Source of the DNA: Diadema antillarum
Lineage: Eukaryota
Direction: 5' to 3'
DNA: 64,000 bases
Assembly (NCBI RefSeq): GCF_040938485.1
Contig: NW_027271785.1
Span: 1-64,000, forward strand
Shown here: in pieces, positions 39,401 through 50,944 of the stretch
How the letters are laid out: each line of letters starts with the position of its first letter
Position numbering within the stretch: the stretch's first letter is position 1
Translations under genes and position numbers: made by a program
The notes under the pieces: model-generated
What the model saw: only the letters and a program-made list of their open reading frames with translations
Database searches by the model: none
Told to the model about the DNA's origin: nothing

Positions 39401-42400
39401 GCTGCCTGTGCGATGAATGGGACAAAAAACAGGAAGTAAACCACCAGAGTAACGACAATGAAGGGATTATCAAATTAAATTGATATTAAGCATGCCTCAT
39501 TAACACATTCTGTCCATAATTAATGCCAACTTTCAAAGCAGTAGCACTATCCTTTCAAAAGTTATTAGAGTTGAAAGTGAAGAGTGTGGACAAGGTTTTT
39601 CAGAAATGAAAAAGGGATTCTAAAGACACACCTAATCACACTATTCTACCAAAAATGTTCGAGATAAACTGCTAAAAAACACACTTTCCTGCCCGTTTTG
39701 TGATACCAAATTTTAGGATAATGTAAACGAAGACCCACTCTTTCAGAAAATATGAAAAAGTCAAGTTCAACTAGGTTGACCAATTTCACTTATTTTCAGT
39801 CCTCGCGCAAAATCAGTGTGTGCGACTTTATGTTCGTTTTGAGGTGCACGGTCACATATATCATTTTAATACCAGTTTTCAGCATTCTCAATCACATAAT
39901 AGAAAATATTTTTCTGACATTTTCTGACCCCCCCCCCCCCCGAAAAAAAAATACAAATAATCTTAATACAAAATATGCATCATCTGTTTGGGTAGATCAT
40001 GATATTGTTCCTTACCATTATAATCTTCTTCAATTCTGATATGAACTTCTCTTTCAAATAAATATTGCAATTTAAATTCACAACAGTATTTTCCTGTTTT
40101 AATTCATAAAAGTATACTTGTGACTGCACCAAAATGCAATTTTCGAAAGCAAATCTAATTCAATTTAGGGGGGGGGGGGGGCCTATAAGCTTTCAGCAAA
40201 TGCATTCCTGTTATTTGAAAATCAACATTATACAAGTTTGATTATTGTTGTCAAATAAAAGAACAAAATGTTTAAATCACACTCACTCTTATAAAGGCAA
40301 GTAAATCTTCATCTACACTGCAATGTAAACACCTTCCATCTGCTTCGACATGCCATCAACACATTTTTTTTTTCCCCTGGTGATAAATCTTAAATCATCT
40401 TTTAAAAGATTATGATTGGTTGAATTTGTTTTCTTTGCAATAACATAAGTTTTGTTGAATCATGTACACCCAATCAAATGGTGAGTAAATTAATTCTACC
40501 CAACATCTATAAATGTATATGGTCCATATAAACATAAAAGTCATTAAAAAAACTACTACATATCAAGACTGTAACTGTTAAGGACATGATGTTCATAAAT
40601 GTCATCCAAAAATGCCAATCTTTCATGAGCAAAGTAAAAAACTGTACATCATCTGTTACAGGTATCAATGTGCTTATCAAATTTACATGCATTTGTTTGC
40701 TAGATACCCATGTAAATGACATCTATACAAGTAATGAACAGCATACAGTGATGGAGGATTATCTAATGACATGGGCCCTACCTGTTGTATAAGAGATAAA
40801 CATATCAGAAAAGACATTTCTATGAAAAGGAATTACATATAGCATCCAACATACAGACAGTTAAAGGGAGTGTACAGTACTGGTTGAAGTAGGGATTCAT
40901 GTTTTGAACATTCCTAAGTGAGATAATGAAAAGCCTCTTATGAAATATGAAAGAGCATGTAATTTTAAGAAGGATTCAACGTTTATTTGATGAAAATTGG
41001 TTTTCAAATGGCTGAGATATCCCAAAAAGTGCTAATAATAAAAGGCGACATGCCCCAACTTTATTAGTATCTCTTTGTTTCTCCTTGTTTTTGGATATCT
41101 CAGCCATTTCAAAACCGATTTTCATCTAATAAACTTTTAATACCCCTTAGAACTGCATGCTCTTTGACATCTCATAGAGTGGTTTCTGAATATCTCACAA
41201 AACGTTAAAAGCTAAATCTTCACCTCGACCAGAACTGTACACACCCTTTAACCTTTAAATGTCACTTTGCTGCATAATCAGTAAATATACAGGAAATTCT
41301 CACAGTAGAGAAAACATATCCCTGTTGTGGGAGAAGCTTCATGAGTTAGGGAAAATCCCACGTTTATTTATTTATTAGGAGCGTGCGAGGTCCCGCAATT
41401 ACAGTTTAACTATCAGTCTACTGGGAAGCTACAAATTTGGCCAAACACTACAGCTGAGATGTCCATGGGTAAGCAAAATCCACATCACACAGTTTTGAAA
41501 TAACATGCCCTGGAGGTAACGAAGTCTAAATATATTAGCCTCATGACTTCACCAGCAATTAGACAGATCCCACTTTGGTTTCATATTCTAGAAAACATGC
41601 ACATTATAGAGATGTGAGGACCATACTCTCTTTCTATGCAGGGTATATATCACACATGGAAAATTCCAATATTTCAAATGACCTTGCTCTATATAAAAAT
41701 CTACTTTTCCAACAACAACAAAATTGTATGACAAAACAGAATTGCTTCTTTTTTTTAAACATCTGAAAATAAAACTGGTTTTCAAAGCCTTAACATCTAC
41801 TCCCCCCCCCTAAAAAAAAAAAAAAAAATGAATGTCACAGTAGAATTGCGTATTATTTGAAAATATCTGAAAATAAAACTGGTTTTCAAAGCCTTAAAAT
41901 CTCCTTTTCCAACAACAACAACAAAAATGAATATTAAAATTGAATTGCTTCTTATTTGAAAATATCTGAAAATAAAACTGGTTTTAACACCTTAAATCTA
42001 CTTTGTGCATGAATTCTTTATCCCAGAGACAAATATTCTTTTGATTGGATGAATGTTCTACTGACATAGCTCCTCTTCATCATCTATGCTCTAATAAGGT
42101 GAAGGATAGAGAAAGTCAAATACACAGAAATAATTAGAAATATCCATACCCAGTGAGCAGTGTCTTAGCGGTGTGATAATGCTTGCGGTCAACAGCGGCC
42201 AGGAGTGGGGTGAACTGCCACTTGACCGGTATCTCCACATCAGCACCATAATGTAGCAGGAGCTCAACTATTTCTTTATGACCACTGGAGGAATCAGAAG
42301 GAAAAAGGGAAACAAACAAAGAAAGAAAATTAATGACCACTATGAAGAGAAAATAAACTCAGGGTTTATAGTCAAAGACGGGAGAAATGGAAAGCCCTCC

Positions 42401-42489
42401 TTGATTCTAATATAATTTATGCATGCATGTGTACATGTATATATTTACGTATGTATAGGCCTATGTACCTGTGTGAGTATATATACATC

Positions 42490-42542
<53 letters not shown>

Positions 42543-45500
42543 CCTTGTGTGTGTGTGTGTTTGTGTGTACATATGTGACTGTGCACACAAAGCCAAAAAC
42601 AAGTCGAATGCCTAGATTTTACACGAGGACTCAAAATGGGTGAAATGGGTGAACCTACTCAATTTTAAGTTTTGGGTATTTTCTGAAAGAGCAATCCTTG
42701 TCTGATAGAAATTCTAAGTTTGAAATCATAAAACAAATCAGAAGCTGGGGTTTTTTTTCAGTTTTTCTGGTACAACTTTTTCTTTAGAAGTGTAATAGGT
42801 ATGTCTTGAGACTCCATATCAGTTCTTAGAAGCCCTTTACACTCTCTTCACTTTCAACTCCAATGACTTTTGAAAAGATAATGCTACTGCTTTGAAAGTT
42901 ACTATTGGTCATGAGTAGAATATATCTAAATAAGGTGAGCAAAATTTCAGCTCAAATCTGATTATCCCTTCATTGCCGTTGCCCTGGAATTTTACATCCT
43001 GTTTTCTGTTCCATTGATTGCACAGAGAACAGCCTGGTGAGATTAAGCCCTTGAATAGACTCCACAGCATCTTTTCTCAGTGAACACTTTTCTAAAGTGC
43101 GTACTCTCTTTGCATTATTTAGATGAGTTTTAAAAAAATCCATTTCTAAAGAATTATACAACATATTGAAACTTAGAGTGTGCTTTTTCATAATCTACTG
43201 ATAACTACAAATCAATCTGGCAACTTTTTGGTAGCTTTGTGATGAATTGTCATATATCGAAGCTTTTCAGGGAGGAGTTAAGTAGTTAAGATGGTTTTCA
43301 CATAGGAAAGAAATATACTCAAAAAGTGTATACATCAAGGACAGGGGAAACATTAAGACATTTAGGAAACTAGAAAAAACAATGAAAACTCAAAATGAAA
43401 CATTACATACATTTCAAAAAGTATGTAAATGGCAGTTAATGAACATTGTAGCTGTATTATGCATTATTTTTCTGAGTTGGGCTTTACTAGACCCTTCAGA
43501 CTCAGCTTTCAAAAGATATGCAGCCTGTCCAACTTCATTAAAAAAAAATCCTGCCACAGAAGGGGAAAGAAAGACTACCAACATCAAAAACACAGTTAGA
43601 AGAAAATTTACCTTGATGTTTAGATGCAATCAGGTATGGAGGGGATAAGACATTGAGACATCAAAGTTCAATGTAAAATGTCATGACAACATGATTCATA
43701 TACAGTACAACCTTTTTCATTCCTTTCTTTTTTTTTCCACCCGATGTACTTTAATCCTGGCAAACATTTAAGTTAAAAACAATATGAAATATGATAAAAA
43801 TCAACCAAATCAGGTACTAAGCTTTTTTTTTTAATTGGCTTTATGCATCTGAAAAATTGTGGCGATAGGTCACACGTGATCTTATGGAGCAAGATTATGA
43901 TTCACGGAGAGGAGAGAGAGGGGGGGGGATTTGAATTCAAGTTTTTGAATAATGATTCATTTGGTTTTTGTGTTTGCATGTGTTTGTATGCTCTTGTTTT
44001 GTTTTTGTTTGCTTTTCTTTTTGGGACGACTGGCATGTACATATGTCTCTCTATGATTCTGGCCCTTACATGTGAAGTGTGTGTGTGTGTGTGTGTATGT
44101 GTGTGTGGGTGGGTGTGTGTGTGTAAGTGTTTGCNNNNNNNNNNNNNNNNNNNNNNNNNNNNNNNNNNNNNNNNNNNNNNNNNNNNNNNNNNNNNNNNNN
44201 NNNNNNNNNNNNNNNNNNNNNNNNNNNNNNNNNNNNNNNNNNNNNNNNNNNNNNNNNNNNNNNNNNNNNNNGTTGTCGTCGGAGCACTCGGAACAACGCC
44301 AAAGCAGCTGCGATGGCACTTGGACGATGTGGGTGTGCCCGATCGAGTGCAAATGCTCCAAAAAGCAGCATTGCTGGGGACGGCGCGAATCCTGAGAAAA
44401 GTACCAGAAGTCTAAGGTTCCAGGATGGAACTTGATGTGATATTGGTCTCCAAGAGATATCTTGTGAAGATAGAGATGATAATGATAATGATAATAATAA
44501 TACAAATAATAATGATAATAGTAGTGTATACTTCTATAGCCCAACAATCCATCAAAAAGATGCTCGTGGCACTTTTAGTCTTTAAGGTTAGGAAAAGAAA
44601 GAAAGAAGAAGAAGAAGAAAAGGAAATGTATGGCATCTTCACTTTTTTTTCCTACAGCATATTAAACAGATTTTTTAGAGATGTTTTAAGTAATTCCACT
44701 GAGGATGACTGGTGTAGGTGGTTTCTGCAACTTTAGCATCATATTAGATTAACTGACTTCAATAGATGGTAGGCCCCTTCTGGGCTTTGTTGTTGTTATT
44801 GTAATTGTAAATGTCAGCCATAAAAAAGGTGGCATGTTGACAACCGCTATATGCAGATTGCTGTGTGAGCTTCTGAGTATAAATGTGATTATTGTCATGC
44901 AAATAACAAGCGTCCCCATTGGGAAAGGAGGACATTGTATGTGTGTTGCTGTTTTTTCTCTTCTTTTTGGCCTTCTTTAAGTAGTTTGGTTTTTGTTTTT
45001 TTTCACAGAGATTTGATAAGCATCTTGAAGCCTAGGATACAATCAAAACAAATCTGTAGGGGGAGGGGTAGAATTGGGAGAAACGCCAATGGCAGACAGT
45101 TAATTCAGCAGCAAAAGGGTGGTTAAGTCTCAAACAGTGACTATAAATGGGCAAAAAACTAGCTTTCTGCATAATTCATGGACATTTACTTCCTTATTTG
45201 AGGCGCTTTCATGGCTGACAACACATATACATGCCTGAAGTCACATAATGTTAGCTTTGACAATGATTATTAAGAACACATCCAGGGTATGTACGGGGTT
45301 CATAAAATCAAGGAGGATAAGAGCTTTTCTGGGTTACCAAATAAGGAAAGGTAGTTACAAAATTATACAGATTTTTTTTTCTCTCTCTGCAGTAGAGCAA
45401 ATAACTGCAGGGATAATGCACTTCTTTTTTTCCCCTGTAACTTCCTGATACGAAGAGCTTGAGCCAATGACTGAATTCAAAGCTGTCATATGCCCTGGGA

Positions 45501-46009
45501 ATTTATCAATGAGATACTCTAGAAGAGGGTTACATTGTTAATATGCTGTCATAATCTTTTGGTGGTTGTATAAATGGACCTGTTGGGTTAGGGTGCTGCT
45601 TTTTTTTTCTGCCAGAAGTTGAGGGCTTCAATATGCCCAAACAATAGTTGATTTTATATGCATCAACATAATAGCAATGCACCCAACTCATTGCATAACC
45701 TACTGAATCATCTTTTTGTCCTCATTTTGGAACCCCCATAGTTATGGCCAAAATAAGTACAGTGTTTCAAAAACAAATAGGTCTACATTGGAGTACTTCC
45801 TGCATGAATAAATGTGGATCCATGCAAACCAGATCAATTTCAAATTTATTCAATAGAAGTATTGTTTGTCAAGATCAGAAGAGATATTAGACTTGGTTTT
45901 TAGCAGTTCCAATAATATAATTTACATTCTGAAATTATAATCACAGCTTTTGTGTTCTGAAATCTCCAAGAACATTTTATTTTTTTATTTAAAGCAATAT
46001 AAACATATG

Positions 46010-46043
<34 letters not shown>

Positions 46044-49000
46044 ATCAAAAACATAATATTGCAATCTTAAACATCATCTGCTAATAACATAATAATGATA
46101 TATTCATTTTACTTTTAGTCTTTAATGGAGACTATCAAAAACAAAATCTGTAAGCTATTATTTCATCACACTTGGCATAAATACATATCAATGATAAATT
46201 ATCATGTTTTGATAATGTCTAAACATGATAAATTTCACATCAAAGTATCCAGAGGTATAAAGTTGAACACTGACATCTTGTTACTAAATGTTTAAAAATA
46301 AAGAAAAAACAAATGTATTTATGTGTGGATACTGTATCCAGTCATGACTTTTTCAGCACTCATTTGTATGCTAAAAATGACAAGTTTCCAATAATTACAG
46401 TGCAGTAGAGGCCAATGTCATACAAGACTTCTTACATATTAGTCACTATCTATATGACAAAAAAAAAAGATGTTTCATGCAGTATTCCATCTATAATTTT
46501 AATGCAATGAATTATGCCAATTTTGACTACATTCTTTAAATCGAAACTCATCAATATTGGCTTTTGCACACCATGTTCAAATTTTCAACAGTACACATGG
46601 TACTGACATTAGCATTAACAGACAGCCAGAAACAATAATAATAATGAACCAGAATACTGCCATATCTGAGGCAATCAGGCAACCTGGCAACGTTAGGGTA
46701 ATAATAATAGCAGGGCCCTCTGGTAGAGCAGTGGTAACACTGAAGAGGCTANNNNNNNNNNNNNNNNNNNNNNNNNNNNNNNNNNNNNNNNNNNNNNNNN
46801 NNNNNNNNNNNNNNNNNNNNNNNNNNNNNNNNNNNNNNNNNNNNNNNNNNNNNNNNNNNNNNNNNNNNNNNNNNNNNNNNNNNNNNNNNNNNNNNNNNNN
46901 NNNNNNNNNNNNNNNNTGTGAGATTGACTCCTATGGCAGATCATGAACCATGAGTTCATTACAGGGAGAACAATCATCGACCAAAATCTAGGATTTTTTC
47001 TTTCTCTTAAATTAGCTAATATGATTTGCTGTCAAAATCTGTAAGCATAATGATGAATGCCACTGAACAGGAACTGAGCAGCATTTCTGGTTACCTGGAT
47101 TAGCTCATATCCTGTAGTTAAACTCTTTGAAATGTCTTGAGGTGAGCCATACTATGCATCTCTGAATATCATCTTCAATTCAAGAATATTCCTGGTCATC
47201 CAGAAGCATGTGTCACATGGTCATAATTGTTGAGTAGTAGTCTTTTAAAGCTTTCATTCAGTGAGTTATATTGCGCTCAGCACGTCAACAGCAGCAGACC
47301 CGACGCATCTGCTCATCAAGATTCCCACTTTATCATTTTTTTTTCCTGTGCATTGTTTGATGAAGGCATGTATGTTAATCTGGAAGTATCACACCTGGTA
47401 ATGGGACACAAAGACTTTATAAGGCTATCTACACAGGCCTTTCCGGAAGTCCATGATTATATATATAAATATTTTTTTTTTCTACATGTGGTAGCATTTA
47501 TAGTTCATCATAATGGCATCTTTACACTGGCTCTCAGCTCTATAAGATGAATACAAGTGCACAGACATAAAGCAGCCCAGTCCAAAAATGGCAAAAAGTT
47601 AACCTCTCTTTTGAATGAAACCGTGCATGTGCACAAAGAGTTGTACATCAATGGCACTCTGCTAGAAGCTGGAAAAACCAAAGAATTTATTCACAGTATC
47701 ACTGGTGATATACCACCCAGCCTTCTTTCATAACAGCAATTTTAGAGCTCTACAATACATGCAGGTATTAAGTAATAGTTCATTGGGAAATGCTTCCTTG
47801 ATTGTGATGGCTATCAAGACAGATTACCTTGATGACTCATATACAGAACACACACCAGTTAACAGCAATTAGGGAATTTCCCTTTTTGCCCCTTTTAACT
47901 CTAAAGCAGAAATTAATACCTTATTATAAGCACAAATTTATTCATACATCATTGTAGTTACTGCAAACAGGTCCAGATGTTAAGAATGATTTGTAAGATG
48001 AGCATGACGAAAATGGAGATTTTCAACAAACAGCAATCTGATTAATATTGACCACATGACATCATACCATATTTCTTGTCCTCCCACGGGCAGAATATTC
48101 TGTCATATTTCCCATGGACAGGTATTTTTGTAATGTTTCCCACAGGAGAACATTACCGCGCAAACAACTGGCCACTGATACAAAATAATGGAACAATATC
48201 ATTAGTACAAGTGATAGAATAGATTTTTGTATTACAAACAATGCTAAACACTGAGCAACCAACAGTTTGACACACACACAGAGAAATGTGACTCACAAAA
48301 GCACCACAAAAGAATTGGGTACTATATTCATGAGGCAATGAAAAGCAGCATTTTACTGCTTGTGATGCTGTGAAATAGTTATACTAAAACTGAAAGTGGA
48401 GGTATTTGTAAGGTTCCCAAAGTACATTGACTAACCCCTTTAATATGATATAACAAATGATGAGTCTTGATGTTTGAAACATAATAGACTATTCTTTGCT
48501 CAGAATTTAGGATGCTATTTCAGGGAAGTTTGAGTCTCTCATCTTTATATCTAAACTTACAATAAATTAAGAAATTGTTAAATCAGTTATCTTTTGCACT
48601 CGGGCAGGTATAGATGAATTTGGCTTGTTTTTAATTCCTTGAAATAAAAACAAACATTATGACGTAGAATTAGCCAAAAAAAAATAAATGTGTGTCTTCA
48701 TTTTCAATATAGTTCATGTTGCACAAAAATGTCCACACTGCTAAACTGTTCTCTCTTCAAAAAGTCATTAAAAGCATTCAAACCCCTTCTGCTGGACATT
48801 CCGTATCTTCCCTCCCATGTCTGCTACTGTCTATTGTCCCAAGGTAACTGTAAATGCAACATCTGTTGATGCTTGAAATATCAAGGAATAGTGAAAGGGA
48901 CTACCAGCTCACCAGTTAGCAGCCCAAAAGAGGGCCGTACCCCCAGACTCCCTCTCTCGACAGTTGATGTCGGTACGACCCGTACGCAGCACCTGCTCCA

Positions 49001-49055
49001 CTGTATCGTAGTGCCCATTCTTGGCTGCCTCTATCAGGGTTGCCATGGTAACCAT
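27313..49055 (-). CDS. ankyrin-repeat / coiled-coil / PEAK1-Pragmin-like pseudokinase, full 9-exon CDS (1056 aa)
   Basis: complement(join(27313..27445,27935..28054,29265..29494,31536..32114,33259..34708,36477..36645,37929..38140,42150..42284,48913..49055)) = 3171 nt. All introns are GT-AG, phases match throughout and there is no internal stop. Confidence 0.85.
27935..28054 (-). CDS. pseudokinase gene coding exon 8
   Basis: Acceptor cctgcctccag|, donor |gtaagt, phase 2-2. Translates VAMLLFGPHPDEMKSQLDCEMWLTSQAMRLLL, matching the LLWGP...WL motif after the PEAK/PINK1 kinase domain. Confidence 0.88.
29265..29494 (-). CDS. pseudokinase gene coding exon 7 (C-lobe, alphaF-alphaI)
   Basis: Acceptor ccccatttatag|, donor |gtagac, phase 0 to 2. 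Translates IPLSAVYASSDLYAVAATICSLL...LLKEMLNPSPEKRP (subdomain IX Asp and XI Arg). Confidence 0.9.
31536..32114 (-). CDS. pseudokinase gene coding exon 6 (alphaC to activation segment)
   Basis: Acceptor gttcctag|, donor |gtgagt, phase 0-0. Contains LPPHRNV, LLQLLLGVQHLQAQGVAHRDIQPRH, LGGFE and GNPLARAPEL. Confidence 0.92.
32600..32745 (-). mobile_element. tRNA-derived SINE fragment
   Basis: A-box-like TGGTCTAGTGG (32688-32698) and a decayed B-box AGCTTTGAATCC (~32644-32655) at tRNA spacing; no intact cloverleaf. Confidence 0.6.
32962..33166. mobile_element. short MITE with TACTGYAAAA...TTTTACAGTA ends (TA-flanked, Tc1/mariner-like)
   Basis: Inverted termini. Related copies or fragments lie at ~35290-35480, 38701-38919, 51812-52010, 57590-57769, 61975-62180, 62900-63020 and 63939-64000. 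Confidence 0.7.
33259..34708 (-). CDS. pseudokinase gene coding exon 5 (1450 bp: Ser/Pro-rich linker, two coiled coils, start of the kinase N-lobe)
   Basis: Acceptor tcttacag|, donor |gtaaga, phase 2 to 0; long stop-free frame. Confidence 0.9.
34835..35170. other. assembly gap (N run) in a pseudokinase intron
   Basis: Run of N; the flanking exon phases join without it. Confidence 1.
36477..36645 (-). CDS. pseudokinase gene coding exon 4
   Basis: Acceptor ctcttctcag| (NAGNAG alternative at 36642), donor |gttagg. Phase 1 to 2 bridges exons 3 and 5. Confidence 0.8.
37929..38140 (-). CDS. pseudokinase gene coding exon 3 (ankyrin repeats 4-5)
   Basis: Acceptor ccaccttcag|, donor |gtgttt, phase 2 to 1. 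Translates GANVNVQSEKGDTPLHLAAFRGSIHLCQLLLSYHA...NGKTPQQEA, a frame missing from the supplied ORF track. Confidence 0.92.
38330..38700 (+). mobile_element. partial Kolobok-like MITE (family A)
   Basis: Colinear similarity to 60065-60385 and to the sequence resuming at 61344. Confidence 0.65.
39163..39860. mobile_element. TA-flanked MITE with ~40-bp TIRs (TATATGTGACCSTGCACCTCAAAAC)
   Basis: The left TIR at 39163 and right TIR ending at 39860 are near-perfect inverses. A related, partly inverted copy lies at ~42570-42990. Confidence 0.8.
40865..41247 (+). mobile_element. Kolobok-like MITE family B (383 bp, TTAA TSD)
   Basis: TTAA|AGGGAGTGTACAG...CTGTACACACCCT|TTAA; a near-identical 383-bp copy is at 60386-60768. 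Confidence 0.85.
41700..42000. repeat. degenerate ~100-bp tandem triplication
   Basis: The core ATCTGAAAATAAAACTGGTTTT recurs at ~41761, ~41864 and ~41964. Confidence 0.75.
42150..42284 (-). CDS. pseudokinase gene coding exon 2 (ankyrin repeats 2-3)
   Basis: Acceptor ttcctccag|, donor |gtatgg, phase 2-2. Translates GHKEIVELLLHYGADVEIPVKWQFTPLLAAVDRKHYHTAKTLLTG. Confidence 0.92.
44135..44271. other. assembly gap (N run)
   Basis: Run of N between a (TG)n tract and the retrotransposon fragment. Confidence 1.
44272..44520 (+). mobile_element. 3' end of a non-LTR retrotransposon with a restriction-like endonuclease (R4/Dong-like)
   Basis: 44272-44415 translates VVVGALGTTPKQLRWHLDDVGVPDRVQMLQKAALLGTARILRKVPEV*, the typical RLE C-terminus (GALG...LQKAALLGTARILR). 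A short UTR and an (ATA/ATG)n tail follow. Confidence 0.85.
46752..46916. other. assembly gap (N run)
   Basis: Run of N. Confidence 1.
48913..49055 (-). CDS. pseudokinase gene first coding exon (ankyrin repeats 1-2)
   Basis: Translates MVTMATLIEAAKNGHYDTVEQVLRTGRTDINCRERESGGTALFWAAN. There is an in-frame upstream TGA, and the second ATG (49046) has Kozak accATGg. Donor |gtgagc; an acceptor just before 49100 implies a further 5' UTR exon upstream. Confidence 0.88.
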
Positions 49056-49336
49056 CTGGACTGGCTCCCTCCGTCATTGGTCAGAGAAGGTCCATATTAG
49101 CTGTATGGGGGGTAAAAACAAACTTTATATTGTGAGCATGCGCGTTGCTTCTTGCTCCCACATACAATTTTACTTTGAAATGCAATACAAATACATATAC
49201 AAACTATTGTCTATTTTATAAACCTTATTACCATCACTCATTGATTTTTTTTAATGGTTTGCTTTCCATTGTAATGCATGCCTAACATGACCAGCAACAA
49301 TTGATATACTTCTAACAAATGGCAGAACTGTATAGG

Positions 49337-49374
<38 letters not shown>

Positions 49375-50310
49375 AAGATATCTATACTCACAAGCACAAA
49401 CTAGGTCTGTGAATGATAGAAATAATAATTTTTTATTATATGAAAGTTACATGGTTAGAAAATATTTTCAGTGTAAATGTATATTATCATAATTTATGTA
49501 CATGAAGATAGATATGAAGATGAAATGGAGGAATATTTTGCGCAAGTTCATGCACAATTATGCACAGTATATTCATGTACGTATATATACTATCTACTTG
49601 CACTCTTGAAAATATGTCAAATTACTGCAGCAGTGAACCTACCTGATAAGGCCACCTGTCTATAAACACATTTGATGTTTTCCTTTAGCCTTCTTTGTTA
49701 AGAAATTGAACAGTATAAGCATGTGAGTGTGTAAATATACAATACACACACATTAATATGCTTTCATGGTAAGAAAAATAGTATACATTTCATGACATTT
49801 GTGATGACTGTTATCACCATAGAGATGAAATAGGTATCTTATTTCAATTCTGGCAAACAAATGACAAAACACACAAGGTTATAAATAAATAATACTATAT
49901 CAACTTAGTGGTACATGCTGGCAAAAAAAAAAGTTTAGTGGGCACTCATTCAAAATATTCATGTGTCCTTTGTGAATATCTTATTAGAATCTGCTACAGC
50001 AATAGAGAGAAAGAACAATATATTTATATACTCAGCAAGAAAAAGAAAAATAAAGGGAAAGAGAGGGAGAGAAAAAGAAAGAGAGAGAAAGAGAGAGAAA
50101 GAGAGACGAAGAGAGAAGAGTGGTCCCAGGGTAGCTTGTTGCCAGGGTCTCATTTCAGCAAGGATCCTGGGGACAGACAGGGTGGACGATGGGGGAATTC
50201 CCTACCAAACTAGCAGCTGGCACTCCTGGCCAAAGCTGGTGAATAACAAGCAGCTCAAATAGCAGCACCATAGCTAGGCAACCAACCTTCCTCACCATAT
50301 CCCCCCCCCC

Positions 50311-50311
<1 letters not shown>

Positions 50312-50368
<57 letters not shown>

Positions 50369-50377
50369 CACACACAC
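50312..50377. repeat. (CA)n microsatellite
   Basis: Direct reading. Similar (TG)n, (TA)n or (GA)n tracts are at ~13266, 15309, 17290, 26024, 42502, 46013, 49339 and 62808. Confidence 0.95.
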
Positions 50378-50878
50378 AATAGGTGGACCTGGAAGACTGA
50401 ATAGGGTCAGTCAAAAGAATAATAAAGCTTGGTCAACTTTAATAGACAAAGTATCAGGCAAACAGGCCCCTAGGAGAAAAGTGTGTGCATTTTATGGACT
50501 ATTACAGTAACAGTTACACTCATATATTGTATTCTAGACAGACAGACAGATAGACAGATACACACACACACACACACACAGACACACATATACACACACT
50601 TGTAACAACATGCTTTCATTGATCTCCGTGCAAAGATACACAAGCCCAAACAGCTATCTTAATAATGTGGGGGGGGGGGGGGGAGGGAACTGATGCATCC
50701 TGCATACACAGTGTGCGCATGTCTGCGTGCAGACATACGGTGAGGTGATTATTAATCTGCAGTAGATATTACATTGCATGCTCGGGGCTGGTCTGGACGC
50801 TCGCCTCTAAACGTCTGCCAAGATCTATGTCAAGATGGAATACAGGCTTTGATGATTGGATGCCACTGGAGGTGGGAA

Positions 50879-50944
50879 ATATTGTAGGCTAGGACCTGAT
50901 GTAGACCTGGCATATTGTAGGCTAGGACCTGATATAGACCTGGT
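50879..50944. repeat. 33-bp tandem duplication
   Basis: ATATTGTAGGCTAGGACCTGATRTAGACCTGGY occurs twice. Confidence 0.9.

Noticed and set aside
43414-43629. Hydrophobic ORF with an acceptor-like site inside a pseudokinase intron
   Set aside because: No good donor, not ankyrin-like, and exons 1 and 2 already join in phase.
46700-46751. AGGGCCCTCTGGTAGAGCAGTGG as a tRNA or SINE start
   Set aside because: Truncated by the gap; it could equally be a LINE 3' stem-loop, so it cannot be classified.
2950-46977. ORFs containing X runs (2950-3393, 34728-35231, 43843-44547, 46557-46977)
   Set aside because: Artefacts of reading through N gaps; only the 44272-44415 part is a real retrotransposon fragment.
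50155-50298. 47-aa ORF with a signal-peptide-like start (MVRKVGCLAMVLLFELLVIHQLW…)
   Set aside because: It follows a microsatellite, has only a weak donor, and splicing to 49100 meets an in-frame TGA, so it cannot extend the pseudokinase. No support for an independent peptide.
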